Shown here: one piece after another, positions 18,461 to 26,921 of the stretch | Position numbering within the stretch: position 1 is the first letter of the stretch | Layout of the letters: each line of letters starts with the position of its first letter | Source: Candidimonas sp. | Lineage (GTDB): Bacteria > Pseudomonadota > Gammaproteobacteria > Burkholderiales > Burkholderiaceae_B | Direction of reading: 5' to 3' | NCBI GenBank assembly: GCA_004298545.1 | Contig: SCQX01000172.1 | Location: 8,528-72,527 of the forward strand | Length of the DNA stretch: 64,000 nucleotides | Notes under the pieces: model-generated | Databases searched by the model: none | Told to the model about the DNA's origin: nothing | What the model saw: the letters and a program-made list of their open reading frames with translations, nothing else | Position numbers and translations under genes: made by a program

Positions 18461-18472
18461 AACTCGCACTTC

Positions 18473-19291
18473 TTATGGCAGGAGCTTCAGCACTGTCGAC
18501 GGAACCTGATTGGCCTGCGCCAGCACGGCTGTGCCCGCCTGCTGCAAGATCTGTGCTCTAGTCATCGCCGAGACCTCCTGGGCGTAGTCCGCGTCCTGTA
18601 TTCGAGATTGCGCCGATGACAGGTTGACGACTGTGTTGGCAAGGTTATCCACCGTTGACGAGAAGCGGTTCTCCAATGCGCCTATGGTCGACCGGGCGGT
18701 ATCGACCGTCGCCAACGCGGTATCCACCGCATTGATCGTCGCCTGAGCCGAAGTACTGTCCGACACCGTCAAGGTGCTTACACCGAGGGTTGCGGCAGTT
18801 GCGTCGACAGTGGAAATGTCAATGGTGTCATTGCTCGTGGTGTTGGCGCCAACCTGGATCGTCAAGGTGGAGGCCGAGCTGAGCAGGCTGATGCCGTTGA
18901 ACGAGGAACTGCCGGAAATACGATTGATTTCAGCGACGCGCTGATTGATTTCAGTCTGGATCGAACTACGGTCAGCGGCGGTATTCGTGTCGGACGCGGC
19001 CTGCACGGCCAACTCGCGGATGCGCTGCAGGTTATCGGAAACTTCGTTCAACCCGCCTTCCTGCGTCTGCAACAGCGAAATGCCGTCATTCGCATTGCGC
19101 TGGGCCTGGTCCATGCCATTGATCTGCGTCGTCATGCGGTTGGCAATGGCCTCGCCGGCCGCGTCGTCGGCGGCGCTGTTGATGCGAAGGCCCGATGACA
19201 GCCGCTGGATGGCGGTCGCCAGATCCGCATTGGATTTGTTCAGGTTGTTCTGAGCCTGAAGGGCCAGAATATTGGTGTTGATGACGGACAT
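18473..19291 (-). CDS. fliC: flagellin (short, 272 aa)
   Basis: ORF track trimmed to ATG 19291 behind AGGAG. N-terminal MSVINTNILALQAQNNLNKSNADLATAIQRLSSGLRINSAADDAAG and C-terminal LSSAQSRIQDADYAQEVSAMTRAQILQQAGTAVLAQANQVPSTVLKLL. Confidence 0.95.
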   Translation of the reverse strand: MSVINTNILALQAQNNLNKSNADLATAIQRLSSGLRINSAADDAAGEAIANRMTTQINGMDQAQRNANDGISLLQTQEGGLNEVSDNLQRIRELAVQAASDTNTAADRSSIQTEINQRVAEINRISGSSSFNGISLLSSASTLTIQVGANTTSNDTIDISTVDATAATLGVSTLTVSDSTSAQATINAVDTALATVDTARSTIGALENRFSSTVDNLANTVVNLSSAQSRIQDADYAQEVSAMTRAQILQQAGTAVLAQANQVPSTVLKLLP

Positions 19292-19374
19292 GAGAGGCTC
19301 CTGCAATAAACTGTGATATCGGATGAGACCGAATGGCTTGGCCCCTTCGAAAGATCGCATGGGGCTTGCCCCGG

Positions 19375-19401
19375 TTTACGGCAGGGCTGAAGAAAACATT
19401 A
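19375..19401 (-). promoter_or_regulatory. sigma-28 (FliA) type promoter of fliC
   Basis: Minus strand reads TAAT-N15-GCCGTAAACCGG (enteric consensus TAAA-N15-GCCGATAA). The -10 lies ~84 nt upstream of the fliC ATG. Confidence 0.7.
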
Positions 19402-19454
19402 ATTCGGAGAGCGCCGTCATTCAGAGGACGCGGTCGTTCAGAGAGTACAGCCGC

Positions 19455-20237
19455 TCAAAGGGCGTCTTTATAGTCGGCAAGCGCGGATTTGCCCGACGAA
19501 GTAGCGGTGGCGGCCCTCAGCCGCAACACCGCCTGGGTGCGCAGCTGTGACACGCGCGCCGACCCAACGCCCAACACTTGCGCGATTTCAATATTGCTCA
19601 TGTCCTGCTCGTAGGTCAGCGAGAGCACGAGCCGCTCTCTTTCGGGAAGCTTCTCCACGGCGCGCGCCAGCGCTTCGCGCAAACGCTTGCGCACGAGGCT
19701 CCTGGCGGGATCGGCCTCTTGGTCGACACCCTCCACCGGACCGCCGCGCAGATCGTCTTCGTCGCGGCGCAGATCTTCCGAATGCAGGATTTGTATGCCG
19801 GCCACGTCCGACAGCGTCCGACGATATTGCTCCGTGCTCACGCCCAGTGTATCTGCCACTTCGGCCTCCGTGGGCGCGCGCCCCAGACGCTGTTCGGTGG
19901 CGTGTATGGCCGCCTGCGTTTTGCGCGCGCGCTCGCGAACGGTCCGCGGCATCCAATCCTGCCGCCTGAGGTCGTCGAGCATGGCGCCCTGCACGCGCGC
20001 CGTCGCATAGGTGGAGAACTGAACGGTGGGCGGAGTCTCTACGTAACGTCTGGCGCACTCGAGCAGGCCCATCATCCCCGAGGCAATCAGATCGTCGAGT
20101 TCGATATTCGCCGGCAAACGCGAAACCATGCGCGTAGCGATGTGGCGCACCATCGGCGCATACTGCCCGATCAGGGCATCGACCTCAGAGGAGCGGCGCG
20201 ATCGTTTCATTGCGGCTGGCACTGTCATGCCAAGCAT
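19455..20237 (-). CDS. fliA: flagellar sigma factor sigma-28
   Basis: ORF track trimmed to ATG 20237 (or 20228). Region 2 DDLIASGMMGLLECARRY. Region 4 HTH LTYEQDMSNIEIAQVLGVGSARVSQLRTQAVLRLR. Confidence 0.9.
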   Translation of the reverse strand: MLGMTVPAAMKRSRRSSEVDALIGQYAPMVRHIATRMVSRLPANIELDDLIASGMMGLLECARRYVETPPTVQFSTYATARVQGAMLDDLRRQDWMPRTVRERARKTQAAIHATEQRLGRAPTEAEVADTLGVSTEQYRRTLSDVAGIQILHSEDLRRDEDDLRGGPVEGVDQEADPARSLVRKRLREALARAVEKLPERERLVLSLTYEQDMSNIEIAQVLGVGSARVSQLRTQAVLRLRAATATSSGKSALADYKDAL

Positions 20238-20336
20238 TATTGGAGAAGTTCCGCTTCGGAGAGCGAACGAGAAGCGGCGTAAACATCCTGCTGTTTTCAA
20301 ATTTGAACATTCACGCGGCCGGGCGCGTAAGGCGAC

Positions 20337-20363
20337 TAACAACTTTCACGAGTTCGCCGTAAA
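20337..20363 (+). promoter_or_regulatory. sigma-28 type promoter of fliDST
   Basis: TAAC-N15-GCCGTAAACCCGG on the plus strand, ~175 nt upstream of the fliD ATG. Confidence 0.65.
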
Positions 20364-20537
20364 CCCGGACATCAAGGGCGCAAAACGGCGCCCGCACATT
20401 GGAACCCGCACGCAACGACCACGCAATCGATCGAAGAGCGTGAATTTTTCTCGATTGCCACTGCGTTTCGGTGCCGATCCAATCAGGCATACTTTTCACC
20501 TGCGCACCGCAGCGCCATTCACCGCAAGCAGGCCATT

Positions 20538-21956
20538 ATGACTACCGCTTTGACCACCCCGACATCGATAGGCACCTCCGGCAGCATCAGCTTTCTCGGA
20601 TCCGGTTCCGGGCTGCCGCTGAGTTCCCTCCTCAACCAGCTCAGAACCAACGCGAGCCAGGGTCTGGTACTGCTGCAAAGCCAGGAATCCAGCGTACAGT
20701 CGACGATCTCCGCCTACGGGCAGCTGCAAAGCGCGCTGGGTGCCCTCTCGACGGCGGCCCAGGCGCTTTCCCCCACCCAGGCGCTGGGCCAACTGGCCGC
20801 GAGCGTGACCGGATCGGATTTCACCGCCACGGTGCAGAGCCAGACCAACCCTGGTCAGCCGCCGGCCGTGGCCGGCACCTACTCCGTGCAGGTCAACGCG
20901 CTGGCGCGCGCACAAACGCTCGTCTCCACCGGCCAAGCGAGCAGCACGGCACAGATCGGCAGCGGCGGCGTCATCACTTTCACGCTGGGCAACGGGCAGA
21001 CCGAAACACTCGACATGACTGGCGGCGACACCTCGGTGCAGGGGCTCATGCAGGCGATCAATTCGAATTCCTCCCTGGGGCTGCAGGCGACGATGCTCAA
21101 CGACGGCAGCGCCACTCCGTACCGCCTGATGATCTCGCCCACGCAATCCGGCACACAGGCGGCCGTTACGAACATCAGCGTCAGCGGCAACAGCACGCTC
21201 GGCAGCTTCCTGTCGCTGGGCTCGATGACCCAGCAGGCGGCAAGCGACGCGCAACTGTCCGTCAACGGCGTGGCGGTGACGAGTGCAAGCAACACGGTCT
21301 CGAGCGTCATCCCGGGAGTGACGCTCACCCTTGGCGCGGCAAGCGGCACGACGCAGACCATGACGATATCGCAGGATACCAATGCGGCCTCGACGGCTAT
21401 AAACGCCTTTGTCAGCGCATACAACACCCTGCAGACGACAATCTCCAGCCTGACCGCCTTCAATTCCACGACCGAACAAGGCAGCGTGCTCACTGGGGAC
21501 TCGGTCACTCGCAATGTCCAGACCAGCCTTTCCGGCATTATGAATTTTTCGTCCATTGACGAAAGCGCTTTCCCCACCCTGGGCTCCATCGGCATCCTCT
21601 CCAATACCGACGGCACTATTTCCGTCAACCAGAGCCAACTCACCGCCGCGCTGCAAGCCAATCCCCAAGCGGTGTCGCAGCTTTTCGACGGCCCCAACGG
21701 CCTGTCGAACTTCACGACCAACTTGATCAACAACTTCACCGATACCAATGGTTCGCTCTCGACCGTCGTTAGCGGTGCCAATGCGCGGCTGGCCTCGCTG
21801 CAACAACAATACACGAACCAGTCCAGCCTGATCGACGCGCAGATGGCAACGCTACAGAATCAATTCGTCCAGCTTGACGCCCTAGTGGCGACAATGAACA
21901 ACACGAGCAGCTATCTCACCCAGCAATTTGCCGCACTCTCCAAGTCGGGGGGCTAG
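20538..21956 (+). CDS. fliD: flagellar filament cap protein
   Basis: 472 aa. N-terminal QSTISAYGQLQSALGAL and a C-terminal coiled region ...LQNQFVQLDALVATMNNTSSYLTQQF. Position is divergent from fliA-fliC and upstream of fliS. Confidence 0.9.
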   Translation: MTTALTTPTSIGTSGSISFLGSGSGLPLSSLLNQLRTNASQGLVLLQSQESSVQSTISAYGQLQSALGALSTAAQALSPTQALGQLAASVTGSDFTATVQSQTNPGQPPAVAGTYSVQVNALARAQTLVSTGQASSTAQIGSGGVITFTLGNGQTETLDMTGGDTSVQGLMQAINSNSSLGLQATMLNDGSATPYRLMISPTQSGTQAAVTNISVSGNSTLGSFLSLGSMTQQAASDAQLSVNGVAVTSASNTVSSVIPGVTLTLGAASGTTQTMTISQDTNAASTAINAFVSAYNTLQTTISSLTAFNSTTEQGSVLTGDSVTRNVQTSLSGIMNFSSIDESAFPTLGSIGILSNTDGTISVNQSQLTAALQANPQAVSQLFDGPNGLSNFTTNLINNFTDTNGSLSTVVSGANARLASLQQQYTNQSSLIDAQMATLQNQFVQLDALVATMNNTSSYLTQQFAALSKSGG

Positions 21957-21958
21957 CC

Positions 21959-22366
21959 ATGACCCCATCCACCCACTCCGGTGCTGGCGGCAGGCACGCC
22001 GCCGCCTATGCGCGCGTCGGATTGCAGACTCGCGTGGGCAGCGCCAGTCCGACGCAGTTGATCGCCCTGCTGCTTGCCGGCGCGCGCACCGACATCACGC
22101 GCGCCAGCCTCTACTTCTCGCAGGGTAATGTTGCCGCCCGAGGCCGCGCCATCACACATGCCCTGACGATTGTGCGCAATGGACTGATCGCCGCCATTGA
22201 CGAACAACAGGGGTCCGTCGCCGCGCAGTTGCGCCACACCTACGAGCTCATCTGCTACTTGCTGCTGCAGGCCAACGCGCGCCGCGATCCGGCGATGCTG
22301 GAGCGGGCGGGCGACATGCTCAGAGACGTCGAACTCGCGTGGAGCGAGGCGACTGACGGAAAGTAG
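21959..22366 (+). CDS. fliS: flagellin export chaperone
   Basis: 135 aa with LIALLLAGARTDITRASLYF...AITHALTIVRNGLIAAID. Starts 2 nt after fliD. Confidence 0.9.
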   Translation: MTPSTHSGAGGRHAAAYARVGLQTRVGSASPTQLIALLLAGARTDITRASLYFSQGNVAARGRAITHALTIVRNGLIAAIDEQQGSVAAQLRHTYELICYLLLQANARRDPAMLERAGDMLRDVELAWSEATDGK

Positions 22367-22395
22367 GGCGAGAAGGAACAAGGAAAGAGGCTGCG

Positions 22396-22791
22396 ATGCC
22401 ATCGACGACGACGGAAGGCGGTTCCCGGGATGGGGCGAGCACGGATCTGATCAATCAGTACCGCAACGTGCTCGCCTGCGTGCAGACAATGCGCGCCCGC
22501 GCACTCGAGCAAGACTGGGGAGCGGTGATGCGAGCGGGCATACGCTACGAGCAAAGTGTGATGGTCTTGCGCAACCATCCGGGGTACGATCAACTTGGCG
22601 AGGCGGAGAACCTGGAGCGACGAGCGCTTCTGGGCGATATTCTTTCATGCGACCGGGCGGTGCGCGATCTGGTCCTGCCCGCGCAGGCAAGGGTCGGACA
22701 GTTGATCAGCGGCCTCGCGCGGCAAAAAAAATTGCTGCGCAGCTACGGCGCGAATGGATCGGTTACGCTCGGCCGCGCACCCGGCACCTGA
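22396..22791 (+). CDS. fliT: FliT-like flagellar chaperone
   Basis: 131-aa helical protein immediately after fliS. The assignment is by position and size with weak sequence resemblance. Confidence 0.6.
   Translation: MPSTTTEGGSRDGASTDLINQYRNVLACVQTMRARALEQDWGAVMRAGIRYEQSVMVLRNHPGYDQLGEAENLERRALLGDILSCDRAVRDLVLPAQARVGQLISGLARQKKLLRSYGANGSVTLGRAPGT
22724..22731. repeat. A8 homopolymer inside the fliT 3' end
   Basis: CAA AAA AAA TTG read directly. It is the longest A/T run I noticed in the GC-rich part of the window. Confidence 0.9.
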
Positions 22792-22810
22792 CCACCAAGA
22801 GGTGGGAGAC

Positions 22811-24220
22811 GTGAAAAACACTGGCATCGATGTCCTGCTCACGCAGCGCGTGGAAACGGCGCTTGGCGTCTTACTCGGCCAAGCGCGCGACATGCGCGTG
22901 CGTTCAACGGCGCGCGATGTTTCAGAACCCGGTGACGTCCCCCGCACCGACGAAACCCACTCCGCCTCGGGCCGCGCGGGCGACACCGAGCGCGCCCTCG
23001 CGGATGTGAGGGCCGGCGGCCCCGCCCAGACTCAGGCACGCAGCGCGGGTTCCACGCTCGTCGCCCGCTCGGGCCGCGACCCGGCCGGACCCGCGGGGCG
23101 CGAATTTATCCCCGCGGGCGCGGTGGACGCCGACGCGGAGCTGTCGGTACAGGTGCATTTGACCCCGGACGGTGCGGCTCTCGCGCGCGCCAGCGCGGCG
23201 ACCGCAAGCATCGGTCGCGCAGCCGCGCAACCGCCCGCGGAAATCCGCACGGACACCCCGGCGAGCGCTCCCGCGGCGCTACTGGCCGATGAAGCCGGGC
23301 GCGCGCGACAGGCCGTCGCCCCGCTGCTGGACGGGCGCAATCCGGCACTGGCGACACTGGCGCGCTCGCAAGACATTCCACAGCCCGTGCGCGACGTCCT
23401 GATCCTCTTGGTGGATGCGATGTTGAGCAGCGGCCTGTTTCAAACGAGCCTTCTTGCCGACGCTCATGCCGGCAGACTCGCTTATGAAAAGCTATCGTCG
23501 TACTTGTCCGCCGCCACCGCCGCGAATCGCCAGGACGGACGGACGGATTCCGCTGCGAACCGCCCGATACCCGGCGCCGGCGTACAAGATCTCCAGCCCG
23601 GAACTGGATCCGCTAGTAGCGCCGACACCGCGCTGCCCGCCGCCGGAAACGCGAGCGGGCGGCCCGCGAGCGGAACATCGACAAGCGTACAAACGGTATC
23701 GCAAGTCGCCGCTCAGACGGGCGCGGAAACAGGCACGCAGGCGCCGCAGGTCCTTCCGGGCGGAACCCCGGGAGCGGCGCTGGAGGCGCTCTACAGCCAG
23801 TCCATGACCTTTCAGATACCGCTCTTCCCGGGAGCGCCCCCGGCAACGTTGGTGTTCGCACGCCAGGAAAAACCGAAAGATGGCGCAAGCAACGACGGCG
23901 CGAACCATGCGGCGCCACGCAATCAGGCGCCACGCGGCGCCTCCGGCTGGCACTGCACGCTTGAGATCGATCTGCCGCGCCTTGGCCCCATACAGGCCGC
24001 GTTTTCAGCCGATCACAACGACGTGTCGGTCGACATCCGCGCCGCGCGCGAGCCCACGATGCTCACTCTGCAAGTCGCACTGGCCCACGGCGCCCTGAAG
24101 TCGGATAGAGCCGTTCGGGTGACTAGCGTCTCGCGCTGGGAATGGGCGCCGCGGCCGGTTCCGATGGGGGACGGCGAAAGCGGCGCGACCAACGCGGGCT
24201 CCGCGCCACGGGAAACGTGA
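22811..24220 (+). CDS. FliK-like protein (Ala/Pro/Gly-rich, C-terminal Flg_hook-like segment)
   Basis: The track ORF 22754..24220 overlaps fliT. GTG 22811 behind GGTGGGAG is the likelier start. The C-terminal LEIDLPRLGPIQAAFSADHNDVSVDIRAAREPTMLTLQVAL parallels the FliK hook-length-control domain. Confidence 0.7.
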   Translation: MKNTGIDVLLTQRVETALGVLLGQARDMRVRSTARDVSEPGDVPRTDETHSASGRAGDTERALADVRAGGPAQTQARSAGSTLVARSGRDPAGPAGREFIPAGAVDADAELSVQVHLTPDGAALARASAATASIGRAAAQPPAEIRTDTPASAPAALLADEAGRARQAVAPLLDGRNPALATLARSQDIPQPVRDVLILLVDAMLSSGLFQTSLLADAHAGRLAYEKLSSYLSAATAANRQDGRTDSAANRPIPGAGVQDLQPGTGSASSADTALPAAGNASGRPASGTSTSVQTVSQVAAQTGAETGTQAPQVLPGGTPGAALEALYSQSMTFQIPLFPGAPPATLVFARQEKPKDGASNDGANHAAPRNQAPRGASGWHCTLEIDLPRLGPIQAAFSADHNDVSVDIRAAREPTMLTLQVALAHGALKSDRAVRVTSVSRWEWAPRPVPMGDGESGATNAGSAPRET

Positions 24221-24225
24221 TCGCC

Positions 24226-24549
24226 ATGGCGCGCGCGACCGACAAACCCGGATCCGGGGCCGACCCAGCGCGCCGACTCCGCGATTCAACGCGCGCCGTG
24301 GCGTTGCGCTACGAACCCCAGTGGCACGCTCCCAGGGTCGTCGCGAAAGGGTACGGCCACATCGGTCAGTCCATCATCGACACCGCGCGCGAGCACGGGG
24401 TGGCGGTGACCGAGTCACCGCAACTCGTGGAGCTGCTCATGGGGCTCGACCTGGACCGCGAGATCCCGCAGTGCCTGTACCGCGCGGTCGCCGAGGTCCT
24501 CGCCTGGGTGTTGAAGCTCGATAGCGCCGGCCCGCGCGGGGAGTCGTGA
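24226..24549 (+). CDS. soluble FlhB C-terminal-domain-like protein (EscU/YscU/HrcU family fragment paralog)
   Basis: Track ORF trimmed to ATG 24226. AVALRYEPQWHAPRVVAKGYGHIGQSIIDTAREHGVAVTESPQLVELL...IPQCLYRAVAEVLAWVLKL aligns by eye to the post-NPTH part of the FlhB in this window. It has no TM segments and no NPTH. Confidence 0.75.
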   Translation: MARATDKPGSGADPARRLRDSTRAVALRYEPQWHAPRVVAKGYGHIGQSIIDTAREHGVAVTESPQLVELLMGLDLDREIPQCLYRAVAEVLAWVLKLDSAGPRGES

Positions 24550-24572
24550 ACCCGGCAGCGCGCTCTCGCCAT

Positions 24573-24914
24573 TCAGATCGGCATGCTGCTGATCGTCTCA
24601 TAGGCCGCCGTGATCTTGTTGCGCACCTGCAGGAGCGTCTGAAAGCCAATGTTGGCCTTCTGAAGGTCGATCATCACGCGCTCGAGCGGCAGGCCCGACT
24701 GCCCCGCCGAGAACGCCTGAGTCTCGGCATACGCCTGGTTCTGCGCGCCGGCTACATCCCGAATCGCCTGGGCAAGCACCGTCGTGAAGCTTCCAGCGGG
24801 AGTTGCCGCAGCTGATGATGCGCCCGGCGGCGCATCAGGTGCTACCACGGCGGCGGCCTTGCGCGCCAGCGCATTCATTTGTGCCAGCGGCACCGCGTCG
24901 GAAATGGGAATCAT
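24573..24914 (-). CDS. fliE: flagellar hook-basal body complex protein
   Basis: Trimmed to ATG 24914. C-terminal GQSGLPLERVMIDLQKANIGFQTLLQVRNKITAAYETISSMPI. Confidence 0.9.
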   Translation of the reverse strand: MIPISDAVPLAQMNALARKAAAVVAPDAPPGASSAAATPAGSFTTVLAQAIRDVAGAQNQAYAETQAFSAGQSGLPLERVMIDLQKANIGFQTLLQVRNKITAAYETISSMPI

Positions 24915-25253
24915 CGCAATCGCGCACACTTGAAGGAGGGGACGCGGATACTGTAATGACAGTTTGCAAGCGGCGAGCGGCGAAGCAGCGGGAGGAATCG
25001 GCGCCACTTCTCCGTTTCACGCCCGAAAGCGGAAAAAGGGGTGGAAAGACCGGTCAGCTCTCTACATGGCCTCGCGTGGGGCTCGCCGATAATGGCCTCA
25101 CGTCAAGGGACCCGCAGTGCGCCTGGTATTTCCTCGCCACGCGGGCCGTAGATTCTTTTTCGCCGAAGAACCGAAAGTCCGCATGCGCGCTTCGTTGGTC
25201 CCGTTTTCCATTCACACTGCCCCCAAGATCGCGCCGGTGGCGGAAATCCTCCA

Positions 25254-26921
25254 ATGAATGCCTGGCTGCAACCTCTGCGCGACCGCCTACCGCTGCAAAC
25301 ACTGGCCCGCGTGCCGCGCCTCGCGTGGCTCGGGGCGGCGGCAGGCCTCATCGCGGTCATCGCGGTCGCCTTCCTGTGGGCGCGCGGCCCAGGCTATGCG
25401 GTGCTCTACTCGAACCTGAGCGACAGCGACGGCGGCCCCGTCGTGGCGGCACTGGACAAGATGAACGTACCCTACAAGTTCGCACAGCAAGGCGGCGCGC
25501 TGCTGGTGCCGGCCGACGAGGTCAGGCGCACACGTATGCTGCTGGCCGCGCAAGGCCTGCCGAAAAACGGCAATGTCGGGTTCGATCTGGTCGAGAAACC
25601 CGGGTTCGGAGCGAGCGACTTCACCGAACGGGCAATCTACCAACACGCATTGGAGGGCGAGATCGCAAACACGATCGAAGCAATCAACGTCGTGTCGCAT
25701 GCGACTGTTCATCTGGCCCTACCCCCCCAAACACTCTTCGTACGGGAGCGCAAACAGCCCTCGGCGTCAATCCTCGTGAACCTGCGGCCGGGGCGAACGC
25801 TCGATGACGGCCAGGTCGCGGCAATCAAATGGCTGGTCGCCTCGGCCGTGCCCGAACTCGCGGCCGACCGCGTCTCCATCGTCGACCAGTACGGACATTT
25901 GCTTTCCTCTCCGGATGCAGGCGACGGCTCCCAGCTCGACGCGAGCCATCTCAGCTACGAGCGGCGCGTGGAGGCGCAGGTCGCCGAACGCATCCAAGGC
26001 ATCCTCGCGCCCATGCTGGGGGCGGGCAATGTGCATGCCCAAGTCAGCGCACAGCTGGATTTCTCGCGGATCGAGGACACCTCCGAAACCTATGGGCCAA
26101 ACGGCCGCCCGGACCAGACCGCGATCCGCAGCAAACAGACGCACGACACGACTCGGGTCGGCGCGCTGCCGGCCCAGGGGATACCGGGGGCGCTATCGAA
26201 CCAGCCACCCGCGACCGCCACCGCCAATATCGTCAATCCGCCCCAGGCCCCGGCCGGGAACCAGGCAACGGCGCCGGGCCAGACCCCGGGAAGAGGCCCC
26301 CAGAGACCGCAAGAACCGCAAGACAATTCCCAATCGTCAACTGTCAACTACGAACTCGATCACCGCATCACCCACACACAGGCACCCGTCGGAAGTATCA
26401 AACGCCTGTCGGTCGCCGTCGTCGTCAACGATCAGCCAAACGCCAAGGGCGTGCCCGAGCCGCTGAGCACGACACAAATGGCCCAGGTCATGGAGCTGGT
26501 CAAGCAGGCGATGGGCTATTCCTCCACACGGGGCGACACGGTCAATGTCGTCAACACACGCTTTCGCGCACAACCGACAGTTTCCTGGTGGCAAGATCCG
26601 TACTGGATCGGAATGGCGCGCTCGACCGGCCTGGACCTGCTGGGGTTGCTCGTACTCTGGTTTGCCTGGCGCAGGGGATTGCGCCCACTGCTACTGGCGT
26701 GGGGACAGGCGCGCAGCCAGACTGCGAGACAAGGTGAACCCAGTGTAACCGTGGCGGCCGCTGAACCGGCGGGCGGCAGCTCGGGCAGCCTCAAACCGGC
26801 GGACAGCTACGAAGGTGATCTCAGCGCGGCGCGCGGAATCGCGGGCAAAGACCCCAGGGCGATGGCGATGGTTATGCGTGCCTGGATGCAACGCAAAGCA
26901 AGGGGGCCGGACGATGATTGA
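25254..26921 (+). CDS. fliF: flagellar MS-ring protein
   Basis: 555 aa with YSNLSDSDGGPVVAALDKMNVPYKF and LALPPQTLFVRERKQPSASILVNL. Divergent from fliE. Confidence 0.95.
   Translation: MNAWLQPLRDRLPLQTLARVPRLAWLGAAAGLIAVIAVAFLWARGPGYAVLYSNLSDSDGGPVVAALDKMNVPYKFAQQGGALLVPADEVRRTRMLLAAQGLPKNGNVGFDLVEKPGFGASDFTERAIYQHALEGEIANTIEAINVVSHATVHLALPPQTLFVRERKQPSASILVNLRPGRTLDDGQVAAIKWLVASAVPELAADRVSIVDQYGHLLSSPDAGDGSQLDASHLSYERRVEAQVAERIQGILAPMLGAGNVHAQVSAQLDFSRIEDTSETYGPNGRPDQTAIRSKQTHDTTRVGALPAQGIPGALSNQPPATATANIVNPPQAPAGNQATAPGQTPGRGPQRPQEPQDNSQSSTVNYELDHRITHTQAPVGSIKRLSVAVVVNDQPNAKGVPEPLSTTQMAQVMELVKQAMGYSSTRGDTVNVVNTRFRAQPTVSWWQDPYWIGMARSTGLDLLGLLVLWFAWRRGLRPLLLAWGQARSQTARQGEPSVTVAAAEPAGGSSGSLKPADSYEGDLSAARGIAGKDPRAMAMVMRAWMQRKARGPDDD

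Noticed and set aside
20276-20283. GGCGTAAA resembling the local sigma-28 -10
   Set aside because: It lies 39-46 nt beyond the fliA start on the opposite (plus) strand. The -35 position reads CGGA.
20471-21814. 362-, 437- and 311-aa ORFs overlapping fliD
   Set aside because: Low-complexity Arg/Gly/Ala translations in other frames of a recognisable FliD.
25085-25092. Perfect enteric sigma-28 -10 GCCGATAA upstream of fliF
   Set aside because: The -35 position (15-nt spacer) reads ATGG rather than TAAA. It also does not share the GCCGTAAAC form of the four convincing sites, and fliF is normally a class 2 gene. Probably a chance match.
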